Positions 18,806-28,700 of a stretch of 64,000 bases of DNA are shown here, in pieces (the stretch's first letter is position 1; the number at the start of each line of letters is the position of its first letter). The translations under genes and the position numbers were made by a program. The notes beneath the pieces are model-generated. The model was not told the DNA's origin and did not search any database. It saw nothing but the letters and a program-made list of their open reading frames with translations. Origin of the DNA: a virus; IMG/VR virus record IMGVR_UViG_3300034103_000446, positions 1-64,000 of that record; one strand, given 5' to 3'.

Positions 18806-19387
18806 TTAGTAAATCCAAGACACAAAAGAATATCTTATACCCCGGGTGACCTTGTTTACCTGGTGGTTGTATAGAAAATTACTAGGAAACACTAATATGT
18901 CTCCTATTTCTAAATTCATATCATATTTATCCCAAAATTTAAACTCGCCACCTTGAAACTCATCATTTAACAACCCAACCACACTCAGTGTGGGTATTCC
19001 CTTAGTTTCCCCGTCAAAAATACTAGTGATATGGTCTACGTGTTCTGCCATTCCCTTACCTTCTCTGTATCTGTTGATTTCAGGTATAGTTATACCATTA
19101 ATGTTAAAATTGGTTCCTAATGTTTTGATAACATATTTTTTATATTCATCAATTGCATTCTTAACAAATCCAGATATTAATAATCTTGTCATTCCGAAAA
19201 GTTCAGTCCTATCACAATTTTCCTCTGATTTTGGTGCTTCCGATAGCTTATTGTAGCCGGACCATTGATGTGGCAACCAATGAAATTCATCTGTTTTTTT
19301 AATTACGAATGAACATTGTTCTTTGGTAATTACTTTTTTATAAACTTGTACAAAGTCTAGTATAGTATGTTCTTCTGGTTTTAACAT
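18806..19387 (-). CDS. Prolyl-4-hydroxylase-like 2OG-Fe(II) oxygenase
   Basis: HVD, LNDEFQGGEF, FPSNFLYNHQV and RYSFVSW motifs. Confidence 0.88.
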   Translation of the reverse strand: MLKPEEHTILDFVQVYKKVITKEQCSFVIKKTDEFHWLPHQWSGYNKLSEAPKSEENCDRTELFGMTRLLISGFVKNAIDEYKKYVIKTLGTNFNINGITIPEINRYREGKGMAEHVDHITSIFDGETKGIPTLSVVGLLNDEFQGGEFKFWDKYDMNLEIGDILVFPSNFLYNHQVNKVTRGIRYSFVSWIY

Positions 19388-19389
19388 GT

Positions 19390-19998
19390 TTATACTCCGC
19401 CACAATATTTTTCAGGATCAGGCATGCCTAAACATTTCCTACGGTCATATTTGTAATCTTTGTATTTACCGAATTTATCCACATAGAACAAGAACGCTTG
19501 TAATTGTCTCTCACCCAGGTATTCATTTCTCCAATGGGGTAAAACACTCCCTTTATAAACAATAAGATCACCGGGATTTAATAAAATAGGAAATCTATTT
19601 CCTTTTAAATCATCAAACCAAATTTCCCAAGGCTCAGGGTCTATTGAAATATTAATAGTCGTAGCAAATTCACAACCTGGTCTGTCTTTGTGTTCTGCCA
19701 TTGTAGCACCGTTGTAATATATTCTAGCATAGCTAAAACTACTATATAATTGTTTGCCAATTACTTTTTCCATTAATGGTAGTAATTTGATACTCAGTGC
19801 TTCAACACATGGAGGGGCATACCTGGAATAAGAATTAGTAACTTGTCCATCTGAAAATATAAATTTATTTTCTTCATCTTGTTTGTTTTTGGCGTAAGTT
19901 ACTTTTTTCAATAACTCCATTTCTATGTCTACAAGTTCTAACACTTCAGGATGTAATGCACCCCTAATAATTTCATAATGATTGTCTTGAAATGACAT
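19390..19998 (-). CDS. 2OG-Fe(II) oxygenase-like protein
   Basis: YARIY, HKDRPGCE, PGDLIVYKG and HWR motifs. Confidence 0.8.
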   Translation of the reverse strand: MSFQDNHYEIIRGALHPEVLELVDIEMELLKKVTYAKNKQDEENKFIFSDGQVTNSYSRYAPPCVEALSIKLLPLMEKVIGKQLYSSFSYARIYYNGATMAEHKDRPGCEFATTINISIDPEPWEIWFDDLKGNRFPILLNPGDLIVYKGSVLPHWRNEYLGERQLQAFLFYVDKFGKYKDYKYDRRKCLGMPDPEKYCGGV

Positions 19999-20013
19999 TT
20001 TTTTTCCTAAATT

Positions 20014-20340
20014 AGGGTAGGTTATTCTGTTACGAGGAAACCTACCGAAACCCTAAGCGGCCGCTTAGGCTGCTAAAGCGAACTGTTCGTCGTTTGCATT
20101 TACGTTTTTTGCTTCTTCGACCAGGTTACCCCAATCCTAACGGCTTCTACATTGCCGGACTGTCCATTTCAATACTCTTGACCCAATCGATCCTGTGTCA
20201 GGCCCATCAAAAACATACTAACCGCTCTGTTGCTACTGTATGCCTACAGTTTGTATCCATTCGTCTAATATGCTTATGGTGGACCTGGCGGGCACTGCCC
20301 CCGCGTCTTGAATCCTTTTCTGTCTACTTCATACAGTCTT
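20014..20340 (-). ncRNA. ssrA: Two-piece (circularly permuted) tmRNA, alphaproteobacterial type
   Basis: The acceptor piece ends CAGGUCC-A-CCA at 20277 and pairs with GGGCCUG starting at 20205, including G3:U70. T-loop is GGCAGUG. Tag at 20097-20065 encodes (A)ANDEQFALAA*. AACAGAA lies at 20025-20031. Outer ends are approximate. Confidence 0.93.
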
Positions 20341-20345
20341 AACTT

Positions 20346-20570
20346 TTATCTACACACCTGTCTATGTTGATACACAGGACGATGATAGATATCATACCCA
20401 ATCACTCTTTTGGTAGAGTGACATTGCAACGGTCTTGGTGCAGGTTGTGAGTATACTGAACCCATAACTGCGGCGCCGATTATTGCACCGGTCAATGCCG
20501 CGTTTTGTTGAGGTGTAGCACACCCAACAAGACTACCCAAAATAACAACAGCACCAATAAAACGTTTCAT
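20346..20570 (-). CDS. Small glycine-zipper lipoprotein
   Basis: Lipobox LVGC followed by GAIIGAAVMG. Confidence 0.7.
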   Translation of the reverse strand: MKRFIGAVVILGSLVGCATPQQNAALTGAIIGAAVMGSVYSQPAPRPLQCHSTKRVIGYDIYHRPVYQHRQVCR

Positions 20571-20579
20571 ATACGCTCC

Positions 20580-20693
20580 TTACATTAACAAACCATATGC
20601 AATGCACCAAAGTTCAAGCCCTAACTTGTAGGCTACATATAAGCCCATTAGTGCTAGTAATCCCTTAAGTGCTAAAGCTCTATTCATATTCAT
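20580..20693 (-). CDS. Small hydrophobic membrane peptide (37 aa)
   Basis: Not in the track: MNMNRALALKGLLALMGLYVAYKLGLELWCIAYGLLM; SD aaaggtga; ATAAATA at 20712-20718. Confidence 0.5.
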   Translation of the reverse strand: MNMNRALALKGLLALMGLYVAYKLGLELWCIAYGLLM

Positions 20694-20719
20694 GATTGTA
20701 TCACCTTTCTGTATTTATG

Positions 20720-21751
20720 TCAAATTTCATAGTCCCTACATGATTTGAGGTTTTCATAGTCATCTATCAAGTGTCGATCCAAAATATTCCCGGTATCTTC
20801 ATACCAATCGATGGCTTCTACTGCTATTTTTGGATACAATGATTTATCATAGGCCAATGCCCTTGCATGTTTCTTATTGAATGCAACTTTGTTGGCTATT
20901 TGCATTCGCAATATATACAAATCCTGCTTGTTTACTTTTATAAGTTTTTTGAAGTTTTCTAACAACATCTCATAACGTTTTTCTTCATCGGGTTCGTCAT
21001 CAAACGAATAGTCAAATAGTTCCTCGTACAGTTCAAACCCTAAATTTTTTAAGAATTTATGATAGTGCATCTGACTTGCTACCAGAAAGGGCTTACCTAG
21101 TAACAAAGGAATAGCAGTCTTTTCAGTTAGAATAATTGTATTCCCGGAACTCTCACTTATCAATTGTGCAAATGATTCATAGTACTGATCTACTATTCTA
21201 TATTGATTTTTATCCTCTGCAAACTCAGATTCTAGTATCAATGGTCTACCGTCAAAATATCTATAGGTGTACATTACAGGGGTACCATGCATTGACACTG
21301 CTCCATGTTCTAACAGATTGTTTTTAGCTAACAAATCTATCAATAAACACCTATGAGCATGTGGCCGGTTGTTCATCGATATGTAATGGTATTTGTAGTC
21401 TACATGTTCATATGGGTCTATTGATAATTTTTTCCCTTCATTGCTATTGAATAGAGCTCCTAATGTTTTACCTATCCAATATGTACTCCACCAGGAAACC
21501 TCAGTGTTTTCAACTCGTGTAGGGTAATGCAACTCAGCAGAACCTGATATGACATATAATGGTTGATTCCTACTTTTACAAAAAGAAAGTAGGTTGTTAA
21601 ATAATTCAGGTTGTGCATGCCATTCCCATTCATTCTGGCAAAATAAAATTACCTTGTCATAGTATCCAGAAACAACTTTGTTATAAAAATTAGCAAAGTT
21701 TAGGCCGTCCCATTGATTGTGTCCTATATAGTTAGATACATTACCACTCAT
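20720..21751 (-). CDS. GT10/exostosin-like putative glycosyltransferase
   Basis: LISES...LTEKT..PLLLGKPFLV...LGFELYEELFDYSFD motif; tandem paralog of the next gene. Confidence 0.6.
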   Translation of the reverse strand: MSGNVSNYIGHNQWDGLNFANFYNKVVSGYYDKVILFCQNEWEWHAQPELFNNLLSFCKSRNQPLYVISGSAELHYPTRVENTEVSWWSTYWIGKTLGALFNSNEGKKLSIDPYEHVDYKYHYISMNNRPHAHRCLLIDLLAKNNLLEHGAVSMHGTPVMYTYRYFDGRPLILESEFAEDKNQYRIVDQYYESFAQLISESSGNTIILTEKTAIPLLLGKPFLVASQMHYHKFLKNLGFELYEELFDYSFDDEPDEEKRYEMLLENFKKLIKVNKQDLYILRMQIANKVAFNKKHARALAYDKSLYPKIAVEAIDWYEDTGNILDRHLIDDYENLKSCRDYEI

Positions 21752-22799
21752 AGAATTGCAACATTTCTTCTTCATTATGTAATGAGCAAAGAAGGTGATC
21801 TACTTCTTCGCCTGTCTTAGTATAGTGAGCTAATATTTCTTTTACAAGGTCAGGTTTAAGGTTTCGATCATAAACTATTTCTCTTACCCTATTTTTATTG
21901 TGTAGTAGTTTATCAGAAATCTTATGTGTTATAAATGGTAACTCAGACAACGGAATCTCACATAGTCGTTTGTAATTGTCAACTAGCATTTCATATCTGA
22001 TATCTTCATCCGTAACATCATCAAACGAATAGTTAAAGATTTCATCATATAATACAAAACCTAAATCAACTAACATCTTATGATATCCCTGTCTTGATGC
22101 AACTAAAAAAGGCTTTCCTGCACATAAAGGCATGATTGTTTTTTCACTTATAAAATAGGATCTATCTGTAGTTTCACTAACTAACTGACAAAATGCTTTT
22201 TTATGTACATCGGTGACTGCAAACATTTGCGAGTGTGAATTTACTGTGAACTTTTCATGGTCGACCTCTAGAGGTGTAAAGTTAAAGTGTTTCCAGTTAT
22301 ATGTTCTCCAAGCTTCTTGTGCATAGCCAGAATACACTTCACTATCATGTATAGAAACTTTGCCGTGCTTCAATATATTATGTTTTGCCAATTGATCTAT
22401 AACCCTACAACGATGAGACTTTGGTCTGTGATTAAAATTAAAATAATGATGTGTGTACTCAGCAGGACCAAGAGGATTGATAAAGATACCAGTGCTGTTG
22501 CTTCGTATGGCATTAGTGTATGTTCTGCTAAACCAAGCTGTAGCCCAATATGTCACTACTATATTGTCAATCTGAACTGGGAAATCTTTTTCAGCAGCAC
22601 CAACGATAACATGTATGGGCCTACCTATGCTCTTGCAATGTTCTTGCAACAACTTCCAATGTATTGGTTCGTGGTTGTACCATTCCCATTCATTTTGACA
22701 GAATATTATTATCTTATCCCATTCCTCATTGAGCACACGATGATAAAATTCTATGAATTTATTATCCCCGGACCATTGATTGTGCGTGATATATTTCAT
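21741..22799 (-). CDS. GT10/exostosin-like putative glycosyltransferase
   Basis: LVSET...ISEKTIMP...KPFLV...LGF motif; shares FCQNEWEW with its neighbour. Confidence 0.6.
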   Translation of the reverse strand: MKYITHNQWSGDNKFIEFYHRVLNEEWDKIIIFCQNEWEWYNHEPIHWKLLQEHCKSIGRPIHVIVGAAEKDFPVQIDNIVVTYWATAWFSRTYTNAIRSNSTGIFINPLGPAEYTHHYFNFNHRPKSHRCRVIDQLAKHNILKHGKVSIHDSEVYSGYAQEAWRTYNWKHFNFTPLEVDHEKFTVNSHSQMFAVTDVHKKAFCQLVSETTDRSYFISEKTIMPLCAGKPFLVASRQGYHKMLVDLGFVLYDEIFNYSFDDVTDEDIRYEMLVDNYKRLCEIPLSELPFITHKISDKLLHNKNRVREIVYDRNLKPDLVKEILAHYTKTGEEVDHLLCSLHNEEEMLQFYEW

Positions 22800-25700
22800 T
22801 TGTTAAATCTTTCTCGGAGCCATGCCCACTCATAACTTAATTTTAGTTTGTCTGTCTTGCCATCTACTTCATTGTAATAGTCAATACCGTCTTTGGCTCC
22901 GTCAAGTGAACTCTGTGCAAACTCGCCGGTTGCCTTAGTCAGCCACACTTCTAAGCGGCTGTTGCTAATTTCAGAATCTTCTTTCTTCAATTTGATTACT
23001 TCACGGAATGCAGTACGCCATGTCGACCATTCATCAATATTGTATGTTGCTATACCAGACAATAATTCAATAGTCTCATGCGGACTATCAAGTGTAAAGT
23101 CTAGTCCATATCCTAAGTTATCTAATGTCATTTGCTTGTTGTACGCAATCATGCCCTGATGACCATATATCAAACCATTCACAGGATTCTTAGCTAAGAA
23201 CATATAGTGCTTTGGTATCTGCAATCTATCTGGTTGCCAGTTGAAGTCAAATTTAGTGTTGACTTTCAGTTTAGCAAACACAGTAAACATCCAAGGGGTG
23301 TTGCTTGCTTCTGCTGCCGCATGATATGCTTCAACACGACCATTAACTCCATCTACACGAACAATTCTGTTAGGTAGGCCCTTTGTAGCTTTCAATAGAT
23401 GTTCATAGTTCTCATCCGCACATGCCTCACCGTTACTCAAGAATACGATATCTAATGGGTTACTCTTGGCTAATCGTGATGCAGTCTTGATGTATGGATA
23501 GTCGTACAACTGTGTCTCAACATATTGCTTTGCTTCTTTAGGAACAACAATGCGTGTGCCACCGGTACTAGTAATCAATATGTTCTTTGACTCAATATCC
23601 CACAAGTTCATTGGTTCTTCTTCTACTACTACAATGTCTTTGTTGTCGCTTGTTACAAAAGTTGCATAGGGGAAATCAAAGTCCTGCATTACCGTAGCAA
23701 CATGGCTATCAAAATCAGAAACAATAACAGGAGCTGCCAATCGTTTGGTACGTTGATGCTGATTAAAATTAATCTTGTCATAATCTTTCAATGACTCCAT
23801 GTCCTTTATCAACTCACGTAACTTGTTCACATTGACCAAGAATGTGTCACCAAACTTTTGCTTGTCACTTGGGAATACATGCAACTGCTCTCTAGCAAAT
23901 GGATCACATATGTAAGTGAAGTCAAAACTCTCATAATCACATACTGTGCTTGCTATCCAAATGTAATGTTCTTTCTTCTCAGGAAGTTTAGATATTATAT
24001 TCTTAAAGGTAGTTAGGTAATCAGTATCATAAGGTACAACATTTGCTAAAGGTAAGTTAGGTGTGTTACCGTGATCAATATAGTACACATCGTACAATAC
24101 GTTAGTGGCTTTAGCAGTTCTATCCTTAATAAAGTTAAGGTTGCTCAAATGCTCAATAATCTTGATGTATTTTGTATCAGCAGAAAATGTGTCACGATTA
24201 ACTATAAAGGTTGTACCCCAATGACTCCACTGAGTACCAAACACATGAACCATCTTCATCTGCCAGGGGTTAGGATAGTAGTTGAAATCAAAGTCAGTGT
24301 AATCTAATTCGCTATTCAATATCCAGCACAATTCTGTGGTACTACGATTGATACAACGATTGATAGTATCAACCCAGCTGTTTAGATAACGAGTCTTTTG
24401 AATGTTACCAAATTTAATCTTCAATTCTTCATATCTGTGTGCTGATTCTGGGTTGCCTCTATCAACAAAGAACATGTCTGGTTTGATAAACAACCTAGAC
24501 AAGTAGCCTTCATTCAATGACGCATCTTCTACAAACTTTAAATCTTTCTTACCATCTAGATAAGACCTAGCGTTTACAAAATATGTATGAGTAGTTACTG
24601 AGTCCGGTGATCCAAACACGTGTACGTAGTCAGATTCCCATGCAACATTGATAACTTCTGGTCTCCAATCAAAGTCGAAACCAGTGTAGTCGATGTTCTT
24701 ATTCAATGCCCAGAATACTTCAGAAGAATGTTGATTAATCAAATCTTCTAAAGTAGTTTCGATGTAGTATTCAGGAACAACAACCTGATCAGGGATAGAG
24801 GTTGCTAATTCATTTTCATATGGTTTAGTTATACGTAACTTATATACAATCTCTCCAGTATGACCCGGTGTAACATACTTAGGACCATCCTTATCATCTA
24901 CCATAGTACCAAACTGATACACATACGGTGGTGCTAATTCATCAGGATGCCAGCTAAAGTCAAAATCATTTACAGCAACACCATTGGGGATGACCCAGTT
25001 AGTCTTGTCCTCTTTGCGTTTTGCTCGGATATCATCAACATACTTTATATCAGTTGCTCCGAAAACTTCGTATCTAGGTCCATTTGTCTTTTGATGCTGT
25101 GTGCCAAACTGATAGATGTATGGAGGATCGTTTGGATTAGGGATCCAACTAAAATCAAAACTTTCGGCTTGTATGTTCTTAGGTACTACCCAATTTTTTC
25201 TATTAGGGCTTAGTATTGCAACAATATCTGTCACATATTTTGTTTGCACTGCTCCGGGAACCTTGTATTCAATAGTAGGCATAATTTCAGCAGAATATTG
25301 TTTGTTGCCGAAACGATATATGTATGGTTTCTCAGTGTCATCTGGGTGCCAGCTGTAGTCAAAATCTTTGATATCGTGTTCTATCAATGTAGTGAAATTT
25401 TTCTTATCTTTCAAATGGATAGATTTGATATCACTGCAATACTTAACTGGGGTGTCGCTAGTAGCGCCTTCAGGCACATAGCGAGGGCCACCTGTCTTTT
25501 GCCATTGAGTACCAAACTGATAAATGAATAGTTCATCAGTGTCGTCTGGGTGCCATGAGAAATCAAACACCGATGAGTTTATACTAGGTGGAACAAACCA
25601 ATGCTTCTTAGAAGCTACTGACTTTGCAGTAGATTCTTCTACATATTTTACTTCAGTTGCACCTGATACAGTGTACTTTGGTCCACCTGTCTTTTGATGT

Positions 25701-28700
25701 TGTGTACCAAACTGATAGATATAGGGAGGGTCATTTGGATTTGGTTTCCAACTAAAGTCAAACTGACTTACATCTATTTTGCTCGGTACATCCCATCCAG
25801 TAAGGTCGGTAGCAAGTGTTGCCTTCACATCATTGACATACTTTATCTTTTCAGCATAAGGACTTGAACGATATTCAATCGTAGGCATCACTTCTGCAGG
25901 ATACTGTGTGTTACCAAACACATAGATGAATTCACCGTCAGTGTCATCAGGATGCCATGACCAATCAAACGATGCAACTGATAAGTTGTTTAATACATTA
26001 AATTTACTCTTAGTAGGTAATTTCTTTGATGTGATAACACGAGTATCAATGTACTTGACTGGTGCGCTTCTTTTTGCGCCCGGAGTAACATACCGAGGTC
26101 CGCCTGTCTTCTGCCACTGTGTACCGAACTGATAGATATACGGATCGTCTTCTGCATAAGGGTGCCATGAGAAATCGAAATCAGATTCATCAATGTCAAC
26201 CGGAACTTCCCAGTTAGTTTTGTTAGGCAACGCTTTTGCACTAGGTGAATCCATGTACTTAGTTGCAATTGCGCCATCCATCTTGTATACAGGTCCACCA
26301 CTCAATGCCCATTGAGTAGCAAAATGATAGTTGTACGGAGGGCTAGTACTGTCAGGATGCCAGCTAAAGTCAAAATCAGTTACATCAATGTTCTCAGGTA
26401 ATGTCCACTTGTCATGATCCGGCAATGCTTTTACTTTTTGTGTGGTGACATACTTGACTTCGGTGGCATCGGGAACGATATATCGAGGTCCACCTGTCTT
26501 CTGCCATTGTGTACTGAATTCGTATATGAACGCAGGATCTTTTGGATTGGGTTTCCAACTAAAGTCAAAGCCAGTTGTATCTACACTAGCAGGCACTTCC
26601 CAGTTAGTCATATCAACATCAAGTACAGCAATAACATCAGACACATATTTGATTTGTTTTGCACCCGGAACTTTGTATTCTACAGTAGGCATTATCTCAG
26701 CAGGATGCTGAGTGTTGCCGAACACATAGATATATGGCTCATCGGTTTCATCCGGATGCCACGACCAATCAAACTCTTTAATCTTATAGTTATTGAGTAT
26801 TGCAAAGTTTTTCTTATTCGGTAATCTTTTAGATTTTAAAATACGAGTATCTATATACTTTACAGGGCTAGAAGGAATAACGCCCGGTGTTACATACTTT
26901 GGTCCGCCTGTCTTCTGCCACTGTGTACCGAACTGATAGATGTAGGGCTGATCTTCTACATACGGATGCCATGAGAAATCAAAGTCACTAACATCAACAT
27001 GTTCAGGTACTTCCCAATTGTCTTTGTTCTCCAACGCAATAGCACTTGGTTCTTCCAAGTACTTAGTTTCAACAGCGCCGGGTACAGTGTATATCGGTCC
27101 ACCTGTCAATGCCCATTGAGTAGCAAAGTGATATATGTATGCAGGACTTGTATCATCTGGATGCCAACTAAAATCAAATCCAGTCACATCAATATGAGTA
27201 GGAATAGTCCAGTTGTTCTGATTAGGTAACGCTTTTACTTTTTGAGTTGACACATACTTAACTTCATCAGCACCGGGTACTACGTATCTAGGTCCACCTG
27301 TTTTCTGCCATTGTGTACCGAACTGATAAATGAACGCAGGATCTTTTGGATTAGGTTTCCAGCTAAAGTCAAAATCTGTAGTGTCAATATCATCAGGTAC
27401 TTCCCAGTTAGTCATATCAACATCAAGTACCGCCATGATATTGTTGACATACTTGATTTGCTTTGCGCCAGGAACCACGTATTCTATGGTAGGCATTATT
27501 TCAGCAGGATGTTGATTATTACCAAATACATATATGTAGGGCTCATCAGTTTCATCTGGATGCCAGGTGAAGTCAAACTCTTTAATCTTGTAGTTGTTTA
27601 ATATTGCAAAGTTTTTCTTACTTGGCTTTCTAATAGCCTTTAAAATACGAGTGTCGATATACTTGACAGGACTAGAAGGAATCACTCCAGGTGTTATATA
27701 CTTCGGTCCACCTGTCTTTTGATGTTGTGTGCCGAACTGGTACACATATGGTTGATCTTCTACATATGGATGCCAGCTAAAGTCAAAACTATCTGCATCA
27801 ATCTCATTCGGTACTTTCCAGTTGTCTTTGTTCTCTAACGCAATAGCACTTGGTTCTTCTAAGTACTTTGTCTCGGATGCGCCTGGTACTGTGTACACCG
27901 GTCCGCCAGTCAATGCCCACTGAGTGGCAAAGTGATAGATATAGGGAGGACTTGTATCGTCAGGGTGCCAACTAAAATCAAAGTCAGTAGTATCTACGTA
28001 GCTAGGTACTGTCCAATTATCCTTAGTAGGTAGTGCGGTTACTTGATGTGTTGACACATACTTAACTTCATCGGCGTCAGGTACTACATAACGAGGGCCG
28101 CCTGTCTTTTGATGCTGTGTGCCAAATTGATAAATGAATGCCGGGTCTTTGGGATTAGGTCTCCAACTGAAATCAAAGGTAGATGTATCTGTATTGTCAG
28201 GCACTTCCCAGTTAGTCATATCAACGTCAAGTACAGCAATAACATCAGACACATACTTTATCTGTGTTGCACCAGGTACTACGTACTCAATAGTAGGCAT
28301 AATCTCGGCTGGATGCTGGTTATTACCGAATACATATATGTACGGCTCATCTGTGTCATCTGGATGCCATGACCAATCAAAATCTTTGATTTTGTAATTG
28401 TTTAATATTGCAAAATTCTTCTTGCTAGGTTTTCTGATAGATCGTATGATACGAGTATCAATATACTTAACTGGACTAGAAGGCAGTGATCCAGGGGTTA
28501 AATATCTAGGACCACCTGTCTTTTGATGTTGAGTACCAAACTGATAGATGTAGGGCTGATCTTCTACATATGGATGCCATGAGAAATCAAATGCATCACT
28601 GTCTATATAAGATGGAATTTCCCAATTGTCTTTATTTGGTAATGCGATAGCACTAGGCTCATCTAAGTATTTTGTTTCAACAGCATCAGGACAAGTATAT

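Noticed and set aside
15404-20014. Integrative element inserted at the tmRNA
   Set aside because: No integrase or duplicated att-like tmRNA fragment was seen; only a compositional difference.
20094-20342. 82-aa plus-strand ORF, or a standalone tRNA-Ala
   Set aside because: The region is explained by the permuted tmRNA, and there is no anticodon arm.
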